Shown here: positions 48,009 to 57,800 of the stretch, piece after piece
How the letters are laid out: every line of letters begins with the position of its first letter
How positions within the stretch are numbered: position 1 is the first letter of the stretch
NCBI GenBank assembly: GCA_035327305.1
Contig: DAOLDL010000001.1
Location: forward strand, 85,561-149,560
Direction: 5' to 3'
DNA: 64,000 nt
Origin: Kiritimatiellia bacterium
Lineage (GTDB): Bacteria; Verrucomicrobiota; Kiritimatiellia; CAIVKH01
Made by a program: the position numbers and the translations under genes
The notes under the pieces: model-generated
Told to the model about the DNA's origin: nothing
Databases searched by the model: none
The model's input: the letters and a program-made list of their open reading frames with translations, nothing else

Positions 48009-49120
48009 ACCTTGAAATTACCGCTCGATTACACGTTGGTTCGTTTACACTCGATGTAAACAGTTCCTTCCCACTTCAGGGTGTAACGGCGCTGTTCGGG
48101 CGATCCGGTTGCGGGAAGACGACACTGCTCCGTGTCATTGCCGGTCTGGAGCGACCGCGCAATGCGATTGTGCGTTATGGTGAGCAGATATGGCAGGACG
48201 AGAATTTGTTTGTTCCTCTGGCCCGACGTCGGATCGGATTGGTTTTCCAGGAGCACAGTTTGTTGCCGCATCGCAACGTGCGTGGAAATCTGGAATACGG
48301 TTACCGCCGAACACCGCCGGCTCTCCGCCGTCTGCACCTGGATAATGTATGCGACCTGCTCGGAATTGGTAACTTGCTTGACCGGCGGGTCGATCAATTA
48401 TCCGGGGGACAACGCCAGCGTGTTGCGCTGGGGCGAGCATTGCTGTGCAGTCCGCAAGTGCTATTGCTTGATGAGCCTCTCGCGGCGCTTGATACGCAAA
48501 CAAAACGCGAGATCATGCCGTTTCTCACCCGGTTGTCCCGTGATGCCGGCGTGCCCATCCTCCTTGTCACCCATGTTCCCGACGAAGTAGAACGGCTTGC
48601 TGATCGTGTCGCGTTTATGCGAAATGGCCGCGTGGAGCGGGTGGAGGATTTGCGCGATGCGCTCACGCGTCCCGACTCCTTGTTATTTGACGAAGAAGGG
48701 CCAGTGTCAGTTTTGGAAGGAACGTTATCCGGTCCCGACAGGGATGGGCTGTGCCAAATCGATTGTGAGGGTGTGATGTTGCGCATTCCCGATCCGGGGG
48801 GGATCACAGACAAGTGGCCTAGGCGTTTACGTATTCGTGCTCGTGATGTGATCCTGGCAGTGGGCGATCCCAAAGGAATAAGCGTTGTCAACCATTTGCC
48901 GGTGGAGATTGAATCCATTTATCCAGGACCACGCGGTGAATGCCTGGTGGTAACCCGTCTCGCCAACGGACAGAAACTGCTGGCGCATATTACCACTGCT
49001 TCCCAACACCGCCTCGGTCTCGTAGCCGGAGGACAATGCATTGCCCTTATCAAATCACTTGCAATGCATGTGGCATCCTCATCGTCGGGTCAATCGGGTC
49101 AAACCATGCATACTGAATAA
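48005..49120 (+). CDS. modC: Molybdate ABC transporter ATP-binding protein
   Basis: GRSGCGKTT, LSGGQRQRVALGRAL, LLLDEP, C-terminal TOBE region. Confidence 0.96.
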   Translation: MNLEITARLHVGSFTLDVNSSFPLQGVTALFGRSGCGKTTLLRVIAGLERPRNAIVRYGEQIWQDENLFVPLARRRIGLVFQEHSLLPHRNVRGNLEYGYRRTPPALRRLHLDNVCDLLGIGNLLDRRVDQLSGGQRQRVALGRALLCSPQVLLLDEPLAALDTQTKREIMPFLTRLSRDAGVPILLVTHVPDEVERLADRVAFMRNGRVERVEDLRDALTRPDSLLFDEEGPVSVLEGTLSGPDRDGLCQIDCEGVMLRIPDPGGITDKWPRRLRIRARDVILAVGDPKGISVVNHLPVEIESIYPGPRGECLVVTRLANGQKLLAHITTASQHRLGLVAGGQCIALIKSLAMHVASSSSGQSGQTMHTE

Positions 49121-49187
49121 TGTTCCCTGGGTAGGTTGGATATTGAACGCTCGATCGGGGGCTGAATTCCGATTCTTTGGACAACAA

Positions 49188-49216
49188 TTGACCAAATCAA
49201 AGCCATTTCTTACTAT
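49188..49216 (+). promoter_or_regulatory. sigma70 promoter of the allB operon, leaderless-type
   Basis: TTGACC-N17-TACTAT-AAACAA-ATG; no Shine-Dalgarno. Confidence 0.8.
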
Positions 49217-49222
49217 AAACAA

Positions 49223-50566
49223 ATGGATTCATATTTGATCCGCAGTCGTCACGTTGTGCTTCCGGGTGAAGTTATCTCCGGAAGCATTCATGTGGCAGGG
49301 GAGAAAATAGCGGGAATATTCAGGGAAAATCAACCATTGCCGACCGCGCCAGTCATCGATGTTGGAGATGACTGGATATTGCCCGGGCTGGTGGATACGC
49401 ATGTCCATATCAATGAACCCGGCCGGACGGAATGGGAGGGGTTTCATACCGCGACAGCATCAGCCGTGGCCGGCGGCATTACCACGCTGGTTGACATGCC
49501 GCTTAACAGCAGTCCGGTTACCACCACACTGGAAGCATTTGAAATAAAGCTTGCGGCCGCCCGGGCGCCGGGTCAATTGGCCGTTGACTGTGGATTTCAT
49601 GCCGGGCTGATCCCGGGTAATGAAAAGGATATTCCCTCCTTATTGAAAAAAGGCGTTCTTGGCGTCAAAGCTTTCATGGTTTATTCAGGCATCCCGGATT
49701 TTCCAGCGGCAACTCAAAAGGAATTGGCGGCGGTTATGCCAGTGCTTGCCAAGCATAACGTCCCATTGCTTGCTCATGCAGAATTGGACGGACCGGTATT
49801 GGTGCCCGACGGAGATGATAGAAGTTATCGACGCTATCTCGCCTCGCGGCCATCCGAGTGGGAGGTGGATGCCATCGGGATGTTGATTGCCTTGTGTCGT
49901 GAAACACGTTGTCCAATTCACATCGTTCATCTCGCCACCCGTGATGCCCTTGAATTGATTCGCGAGGCAAAAGCGGAAGGACTGCCGCTCACCGTGGAAA
50001 CGTGTCCGCATTATTTATATTTTTGTGCGGAGGAAATCCCGGATGGCAAAACACAATACAAATGCGCTCCGCCTATAAGGGAAAAGGAGCATCGGGAGGC
50101 ATTGTGGAATGCATTGCTGTCGGGAGAAATTGATATGATTGCTTCCGATCATTCGCCTTGTCCGCCATCCATGAAAGAACTGGAAAGTGGTAATTTTGCC
50201 AAGGCATGGGGCGGAATATCATCCCTGCAATTGGGTTTGCCTATAATCTGGACTCAATGTCGCAAACGCGGGATTCCGTTGGAAAATATCAGTGCCTGGA
50301 TGAGTAGGAATCCGGCAATATTAGCAGGTTTGTATCCGCAGAAGGGCGTGCTTGAAGCGGGTTCAGATGCGGATTTTGCGATCTTTGACCCGGAAAAAGC
50401 TTTTACTGTCGATGCAAACCGATTGGCTCACCGACATAAAATCACGCCTTATGCAGACGAAAAACTTTACGGCCAGATTAAAAAAACATATCTTCGCGGT
50501 CGTGTTGTATATGACGCAGAACAGGGTGGTTGCGAATATTTGGGGCGAATTATCCTCCATCCGTAA
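49223..50566 (+). CDS. allB: Allantoinase (metal-dependent amidohydrolase)
   Basis: PGLVDTHVHINEPGRTEWEGF, GGITTLVDMPLNS, GVKAF, HAE, VETCPHYL, KCAPPIR, SDHSP, WGGISSLQLGL. Confidence 0.95.
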   Translation: MDSYLIRSRHVVLPGEVISGSIHVAGEKIAGIFRENQPLPTAPVIDVGDDWILPGLVDTHVHINEPGRTEWEGFHTATASAVAGGITTLVDMPLNSSPVTTTLEAFEIKLAAARAPGQLAVDCGFHAGLIPGNEKDIPSLLKKGVLGVKAFMVYSGIPDFPAATQKELAAVMPVLAKHNVPLLAHAELDGPVLVPDGDDRSYRRYLASRPSEWEVDAIGMLIALCRETRCPIHIVHLATRDALELIREAKAEGLPLTVETCPHYLYFCAEEIPDGKTQYKCAPPIREKEHREALWNALLSGEIDMIASDHSPCPPSMKELESGNFAKAWGGISSLQLGLPIIWTQCRKRGIPLENISAWMSRNPAILAGLYPQKGVLEAGSDADFAIFDPEKAFTVDANRLAHRHKITPYADEKLYGQIKKTYLRGRVVYDAEQGGCEYLGRIILHP

Positions 50567-50598
50567 CGGTTCAATAGTTTAATCCCAGGGGTGCTACC

Positions 50599-51591
50599 AT
50601 GAGTCACAATGCTAATAATACGGCTTCGTTTGCCGGCTTCATTGACCTTGCATCAGAAAAAATCGGAGGCAAAACCTTGTCCGCCAACGATGAGTTCTTC
50701 GCCGAGAAGGAGAATCTTCTCAAAGAAGGTCGTGGAATATTCATCGCGGACAAATTTACCGACCGCGGCAAATGGATGGATGGTTGGGAAACCCGTCGCA
50801 AGCGGACGCCCGGTCACGACTGGTGTATTGTCGAGCTTGGTTTGCCCGGAGTAATTCACGGTGTCGATATCGACACGAACCATTTTCTCGGCAACAACCC
50901 GGCATTTGCATCAATTGACGCGGCCATGAGCGCACATGGTGAATGGACGGAAATACTTCCTCGGTCGCCATTGAATCCCGGAGCACAAAATCTGTTTGCC
51001 ATTGGAAGCCGCACACCGTGGACGCATCTTCGATTGAACATTTATCCGGACGGCGGTGTTGCCCGTTTTCGGGTATACGGGGATGTTTACAAGGATTGGA
51101 CCAATGCCGACCCTGCTGAAACCATAGATCTGGCCGCGTTGGCCAACGGCGGCAAAGCGGTCGCGTGCAGTGACATGTTTTTCAGCTCCATGCACAATCT
51201 GATCATGCCGGGTCGCGCCGCCAATATGGGGGATGGCTGGGAAACAAAACGCCGCCGCGGCATGGGTTATGATTGGGTGATTGTCAAGCTGGCCCGGCCC
51301 GGTATCATAAGCCAGTTGGAGGTGGACACCAATCACTTCAAGGGAAATTATCCCGATGAGTGTTCGATGGATGCCTGTCTGGCTCCCGATGAAAACATCG
51401 ATATTCTGACCTGGAATGATGTTGAGTGGGTTCAAGTCTTGCCGCGTACAAAGTTGCAAGCGCACCATCAACATTATTTCGACCGCGACTTGAAAAACAA
51501 GGGGCCCTTTTCGCACGTCAAACTCAATATTTTCCCCGATGGCGGCATTAGCCGGTTGCGGGTATTGGGGAATGTCGCCGCGGGTATCTGA
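50599..51591 (+). CDS. alc: Allantoicase
   Basis: Two repeats with DGWETRRKR.PGHDW and DTNHF.GN, RLNIYPDGGVARFRVYG. Confidence 0.96.
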   Translation: MSHNANNTASFAGFIDLASEKIGGKTLSANDEFFAEKENLLKEGRGIFIADKFTDRGKWMDGWETRRKRTPGHDWCIVELGLPGVIHGVDIDTNHFLGNNPAFASIDAAMSAHGEWTEILPRSPLNPGAQNLFAIGSRTPWTHLRLNIYPDGGVARFRVYGDVYKDWTNADPAETIDLAALANGGKAVACSDMFFSSMHNLIMPGRAANMGDGWETKRRRGMGYDWVIVKLARPGIISQLEVDTNHFKGNYPDECSMDACLAPDENIDILTWNDVEWVQVLPRTKLQAHHQHYFDRDLKNKGPFSHVKLNIFPDGGISRLRVLGNVAAGI

Positions 51592-51596
51592 CGTTC

Positions 51597-52103
51597 ATGA
51601 ATATTGCGGAATTAAATAATCTGGATGTCCGCGACGTCGAGGAACATTTTCTTCGATGTTGCGGTTGTCGCGAATGGGCAAGGAAAATGGCTGAAGGTCG
51701 CCCGTATCAATCGGTTGATGCGGTTTGTGCGGCGGCGGATCGCACATGGGATGCGTTGAGTCAGGATAACTGGCTGGAAGCGTATACGGCACATCCGCGA
51801 ATTGGCGATATTAACAGCCTGCGCAAGAAATTTGCCAACACCAAGGAATGGGCATCCGGGGAACAATCCGGAGTTCAATCCGCCACAGATCAAGTGATCC
51901 AGGCTTTGGCGGATGGGAATAACGCATACGAAAAAAAGTTTGGCTTTATATTTATTGTTTGCGCCACCGGAAAAAGCGCGGATGAAATGTTGTCTTTGCT
52001 GACGGTGCGGCTGAACAACAACCGCGACCAGGAAATTGCCAATGCCGGTGAAGAGCAAAAGAAAATCACTCGCATACGCATTGATAAATGGTTGAAGGAT
52101 TGA
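51597..52103 (+). CDS. uraD: OHCU decarboxylase
   Basis: CCG..W, RPY, LEAYTAHPRIG, EQSG, N..YEKKFGFIFIVCATG, EQ.KIT.IR. Confidence 0.94.
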   Translation: MNIAELNNLDVRDVEEHFLRCCGCREWARKMAEGRPYQSVDAVCAAADRTWDALSQDNWLEAYTAHPRIGDINSLRKKFANTKEWASGEQSGVQSATDQVIQALADGNNAYEKKFGFIFIVCATGKSADEMLSLLTVRLNNNRDQEIANAGEEQKKITRIRIDKWLKD

Positions 52104-52129
52104 AACGCGATGGAGAAAGGTAATCGATT

Positions 52130-53575
52130 ATGACACAACGTACCCTATCGGCCAAAACGCTTGGCGACGTACTTTCCGGATTGAAAAAGGCAAACGACAG
52201 GTTCGCCGTTTGGTATCCCGGTGAATCTCCGGCCCGCCAACCGGTTCAAACCGTTTATGGTGGCGCCCACTTGTTCAAAGCCGAAGCGGCAAGAAGACTG
52301 GGAGATGTGGCGCTGAAAAGTCTGGCGGAAAATGCCCCGGACTTTGCCACATTTGCCCGGGCGCTTAAGCTTCCCGGTTGCGAGAGACTGCCGAAAAATG
52401 CCGCCGGACTCAAAAAATTTGTAATCGACATTAAACGCGATGAGGCGAAGGTAAAGAAATCCAATCCCGAGGGTTGGCTTCTTTATACGGTTTATGAGCG
52501 CGTGGTCGAAAAATTAAAGCGCGAGCCGGTGGAGGATTTCCGCATTGATTTTGAAGACGGTTATGGAAACCGTCCTGATGCCGAGGAAGATCGTCAGGCC
52601 GCCATTGCCGCCGCGGAAGTTGCAAAAGGAATGAAGTTGGGTTCGCTTCCTCCATTCATTGGAATTCGCATCAAACCGTTTACCCAGGAATTGAAAAAGC
52701 GCGCGATAGCGACGTTGGATATCTTTGTAACGGAATTGATCAAGCTTACCGGCGGGAAATTGCCGGAGAACTTTGTTGTAACGCTTCCCAAAGTCACTTT
52801 GCCGGAACATGTAACGGCCGCGGTTCGTTTGTTCGAGGAACTTGAGCGCAAGCTCAAGTTGAAGAAGGGTATGCTGAAGTGCGAATTGATGATTGAAACG
52901 CCGCAATCCATTATCAATCACGAAGGCAATTGCAATGTCTCGCTATTGGTAAAGGCGGCTGAAGGCCGTTGCACCGGCGCTCATTTCGGCGTCTATGATT
53001 ACACCGCATCCTGCAGTATTACCGCCGCGCACCAGCGCATGAACCATCTGGCCTGCGATTTTGCCCGCCACATGATGAAGGTGTCATTGGCCGGAACGGG
53101 AATATGGATTTCCGACGGCGCGACCAACATCATGCCGGTGGGACCGAACCGGGCTGAACCGGGCAAGAAGTTGTCGCCACGCCAAGTTGCAGAAAACCGT
53201 GAAGTCGTGCATCGCGCATGGCGCATCATGCTTGAGCATGTCAATCATTCACTTGAACAGGCATACTACCAGGGCTGGGACCTCCATCCGGCGCAATTCT
53301 GCATCCGCTATGCGGCTGTTTATTATTTCTTCCTGAATGGATTAACCGAGGCGTCGGTACGTCTCAAGACCTTTATCGAAAAAGCCGCGCAGGCGACGCT
53401 GATTGGCGATGTTTTTGATGACGCGGCCACGGGGCAGGGACTGTTGAATTACTTCCTGCGCGGAATCAATTGCGGGGCAATCACCGAGGAGGAAGCACGG
53501 ATGACCGGTTTGTCCATTGAGGAACTTCACGCCCGGTCGTTTGTTAAAATACTTGAAGCACGTTGCATGAGGTAA
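52130..53575 (+). CDS. Malate-synthase/CitE-fold (HpcH/HpaI aldolase-citrate lyase superfamily; DUF6986-like) protein
   Basis: RQPVQTVYGGAHLF, DFRIDFEDGYG, LPKV, MIETPQS, HFGVYDY, SDGATN, QGWDLHP. Confidence 0.75.
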   Translation: MTQRTLSAKTLGDVLSGLKKANDRFAVWYPGESPARQPVQTVYGGAHLFKAEAARRLGDVALKSLAENAPDFATFARALKLPGCERLPKNAAGLKKFVIDIKRDEAKVKKSNPEGWLLYTVYERVVEKLKREPVEDFRIDFEDGYGNRPDAEEDRQAAIAAAEVAKGMKLGSLPPFIGIRIKPFTQELKKRAIATLDIFVTELIKLTGGKLPENFVVTLPKVTLPEHVTAAVRLFEELERKLKLKKGMLKCELMIETPQSIINHEGNCNVSLLVKAAEGRCTGAHFGVYDYTASCSITAAHQRMNHLACDFARHMMKVSLAGTGIWISDGATNIMPVGPNRAEPGKKLSPRQVAENREVVHRAWRIMLEHVNHSLEQAYYQGWDLHPAQFCIRYAAVYYFFLNGLTEASVRLKTFIEKAAQATLIGDVFDDAATGQGLLNYFLRGINCGAITEEEARMTGLSIEELHARSFVKILEARCMR

Positions 53576-53579
53576 GTCT

Positions 53580-53930
53580 ATGAAACGTTCTCCCATCACC
53601 ACGCATGTCCTGGATACGGCCACCGGATCGCCTGCGTCAGGCGTTCCGGTACGTTTGTACTACGAAGAATCGCCTGATAAATGGATGATACTTGCCACGG
53701 GAATAACCAACGATGACGGTCGGGTGGGGGAATTGCTTCCTGTCGACCATTCACTCAAGCCGGGCAAATACCGGATGCGGTTTAACACCGAAGAGTATTT
53801 CATGGCAAATCAGGTCACCGGATTTTATCCGTATGCCGATGTTGTATTTGTCATTACTGATACCAGGCCGCATTACCACATTCCCCTGTTGTTGAGTCCG
53901 TTCGGGTATTCGACATACCGGGGAAGTTGA
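53580..53930 (+). CDS. uraH: 5-hydroxyisourate hydrolase (transthyretin-like)
   Basis: ITTHVLDT..G.PA, TNDDGR, HYHIPLLLSPFGYSTYRGS. Confidence 0.96.
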   Translation: MKRSPITTHVLDTATGSPASGVPVRLYYEESPDKWMILATGITNDDGRVGELLPVDHSLKPGKYRMRFNTEEYFMANQVTGFYPYADVVFVITDTRPHYHIPLLLSPFGYSTYRGS

Positions 53931-53949
53931 TTGTAGCACTGCATTCCCG

Positions 53950-54768
53950 TTACCACGGTTTCTTTTTGCAATTGGAAAGTCCCTGGCGACGCCAGGCATC
54001 AGGACTGATGCCCCGGATCTGACTGAAGACGCGACAAAAGTCGCTTCCGCTGGAGAATCCACAATCGCGGGCGACGCCATCGATTTTTGCCGAGGAATTC
54101 ACCAGCAGGTCCATGGCGCGTTCTATCTTTATATTGGTGAATGTGCGTTGCGGGCTTTCCCCGCGAACGAGATGAAAAAGCCGGCGAAGATGCCGAACAG
54201 ATAAATTGGCCGAACGTGCGACATCTTCCAGCTTGGGACGTTCCGCCATGTGCTCCAGATACCAGGCAATGCAAGCATCGACCTTTCTTGCATTGAAATC
54301 GACATCTTGGGGGATGGGTTTGAAATCCATTCCGGCAACCGCCATCAGACAAAAATCCAATAATGCGCGATTGAATATCAGCATACTTTCCTCGGTTATT
54401 TTCTGATAATGACGGACAAGTATACCTGTGTCCCGTGATAGTTGCTGACATTGCTGACGGGACAGCGATGCGGTTAAATATCCCGTTTGATCCACCAGTT
54501 TCCGGATCAAAGACGGAACGGAAGAAAAATGGAAAACCGCAATTTCACATGCGTCATTTTTCCAGCCATGCCAGCCGTGAGGTGTTTCGGGTGGGAACAC
54601 CCATAACGTGCGGGTGCGGAAGGGTTGATTTGTGTCCGGTATCGTATAATCGAATACCGGACGGCACTTGCCCGATAATACAAAGAAAAACTCCCAGTTT
54701 AAACGCCGATGCACATACATCGGGGTTATTCCAAACCGGCGTTCCCCATGATTCACATACCGAAGCAT
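53950..54768 (-). CDS. AraC family transcriptional regulator (cupin + two HTH)
   Basis: H....WEFFFVLSG cupin; LEDVA...LS.RHLRRLF; A..LL......I..VA..CGF...S.F.R.F....G.SP..WR. Confidence 0.92.
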   Translation of the reverse strand: MLRYVNHGERRFGITPMYVHRRLNWEFFFVLSGKCRPVFDYTIPDTNQPFRTRTLWVFPPETPHGWHGWKNDACEIAVFHFSSVPSLIRKLVDQTGYLTASLSRQQCQQLSRDTGILVRHYQKITEESMLIFNRALLDFCLMAVAGMDFKPIPQDVDFNARKVDACIAWYLEHMAERPKLEDVARSANLSVRHLRRLFHLVRGESPQRTFTNIKIERAMDLLVNSSAKIDGVARDCGFSSGSDFCRVFSQIRGISPDAWRRQGLSNCKKKPW

Positions 54769-54861
54769 CCGGATAGAATTATCCTGTATGGCCGAAAATG
54801 TAAAGTATGCGTCCTTACTTTTCTCTATATGAAAATACCTGAAGTCGGTATGTTAATGCCC

Positions 54862-57800
54862 ATGAGTGACAGATCGATGCTATTTCGGGGCGGCATTTTG
54901 TTGTTGGTTGTAATGGGTGGAAGTTTCAATCTTTCACCGGCGCTAGCCGATCCACATACCATTTTCGGCGGAGTAGTGGTCATTGAAGTCGAATCCTTTC
55001 ACACCAATATTTCGCCCCGAGGCGCTCATTCGTGGGTTTTCACCAACAGCATCAGCTCCTACAGCGGAAACGGCTACATGGAAGCAATGCCCAATAACGA
55101 TGCGATCATTCAAACCAATCTTTCCGCAAACAGCCCGGAGTTGCGTTACGACGTTCTTTTCAGAAGTAATATGATTCATCATGTATGGGTCAGGGGATGG
55201 GCAAATTCCGGCGCAGACGACTCCATACATTTTGGTGTAAGCAGTTCACCAAATCTGGCAACGCCTTTGACATGGCCCGCGACCGGTGAATGGTACTGGA
55301 CAAATCTACATCATGCGACATCCGGTCAAGTTACCATGATGCCGGGAGCGACCGGCATTGTTTCGTGCAGTATCTGGATGCGCGAGGATGGCGCAAGAAT
55401 AGATCGTTTTGTACTGACGACCAATGCGGGTTTCCGTCCGCGCAAAGGCAACGCATGGCATATTCCACCCAATCAACAACCGTTGGGGCAACATGCCATG
55501 CGCACTCCATTTATGGCCATATTCACCAATACGCCCGTGACAATATTCAGTGGAAGTCAATTTCAAGGCGCTGGGAATCCTGGAAATCAATTGCAAGTCG
55601 GCAGTACAATATTCTACAGGTCATCGACCAGCACGGTGTGGAAATCGGTTGCCATGACATTTCACAGTGAAAGCGGGAATGACAAATTTTACTCCGGAGT
55701 GATTCCGCCCGGTGAGTTCAACGAAAATGATCATGTTGATTACTACATTCAAGTTCCCTTCAGTGATTTTCTTCCGACGTATTTGTACACAGCGGGAGGA
55801 GTGGCGCAGTCCACGGAATTCGAGGAAGTCGCAAGAGCCAATCCATACCGTTTCAAGGTATTGCCGATGCCTGATGCCGGTTATTCCTCCCCTCCGGATT
55901 GGCGGGACATTAACATTTACCAGATTTTTACGGATCGTTTTTATGATGGCGATCCGTCAAACAACAACAGTCACCCGGAGTCGCCATACAACCCCGCCGT
56001 AAGCAACCGCATTCATGGCGGTGATTTCCGTGGAATTGAGAAAAAGCTGGATTACATAAAAGCGCTTGGAGCAAACGCAATTTGGATCAAACCGATTCAT
56101 TTGAATGCGGTTCACTCCGCTTATCATGGATATGGAGCCCAGGATTTTTATCAGTTGAATCCGAATCTTGGAACCATGGCGGACTTAACCAGCATGGTGG
56201 CGGCGGCTCATGCCCGGGATATTCGCGTTATTCTTGATATCGTATGCAATCATCAGGGGCGGCGTATTTACAGTACGGATCCCGGATGGCCTACGTATAA
56301 TGCATCCGGATACAATCTTGCCTGGACCAACGAAACAGCCTATCCGACGCCATTTAATTCGCTGACGAATTTTCACAATTTCGGGCGAATTGGTAATTTC
56401 GATGATCCAAATCAGCTTGTATTGGGTGCGCTTAGCGGCCTTGACGATCTCAAAACCGAGACACATTACGTGCGCACCAACATGGTTGAAATATTCAAAT
56501 ACTGGATTCAGATGGCGGATTTTGACGGCTTTCGTATCGATACGGTCAAACATGTGGAAATTGGATTCTGGCGTTTCTTCAACAATGAGATCCGTTTGTT
56601 CGCCAAAGCCATGGGAAAAACCAATTTCATCCAATTTGGCGAAGTGTTTCATTCAGCGGAAAGCACGGTCGGATATTATACCGGAACACAATCCGGCGGC
56701 GCCTATGCGAACGATACGGTTCTGAATTTCCCGCTATATGAAAGGATGAACAGCGTATTCGGCAATGCATCGGGGAACACCAAACAGATTGAAGATCATT
56801 ACACCGCCATTCCCCCCAATTTTCATCCTGACTCGCACATGCGATTGATCAACTTTATCGACAACCATGACGTCATTCGCTTCATGCATTCCAGCAAGGC
56901 GAATAACAATACCAACAAGCTGGCTCTCGCGCTTTCCTTTCTGTACACATCACGAGGAATTCCATGTCTGTATTATGGGACGGAGCAAAACTTCAACGGG
57001 GGCAATGATCCGGGCAATCGTGAAGATATGTTCCACGGTCAGTACGAGCAGGGACCATCGCTGGGAGACAATTACAACATGTCGGGCGGATCATTTTTGC
57101 ATGTGGCAAAGATGAATAACTTCCGGCGGTTGTATCCATCGTTGTTGCGTGGACAACATTTGAACCGTTGGAACACACCTGACGGACCGGGAATATTTTC
57201 CTATGCCCGACGTCAGGATGGACAGGAAATACTTGTGATCCTGAATACGGCATCCGGCTTGCGATCACTTACGAACCGTGCATCGTTTTATGCGCCTGGT
57301 ACGGAGATGGTGAATTTACTAAACACCAATGAAATCATCACGGTCAATGCGATGACCAACACACCGGTGATACACGTGCCGGCATTTTCCGCAAAAATGT
57401 TTATCGCGAGAAATCAGTGGTTGCCACTCGATCCGTTGGTTCAAGCATTTTTACCCGGTCATGATTCGACCGGCCATTCCGTGACCAGTCCGGTAACGCT
57501 TCATTTCAGCAAACCCATGAATACCAATTTGACGGCTGGAGCATTTTCAATACAACCGCCGGTTATGGGGCGAATCGAATGGTCAAACTCCGGTACGACG
57601 CTGACCTTTACCCCGGAAGGAGCGAGTCGATTTTCCGGTGAAACGACATACACCGTGAATGTGTATGAAGCGGCGGCGGACATTGTAGATGGACTGAACT
57701 TCTACGCTCCGTTCGAAGCGAAGTTCAAAACCGAGGCAATTGCCGATAGCGATAATGACGGTATACCAGACTGGTGGATGATCGAGAAATTTGGTGCGGC

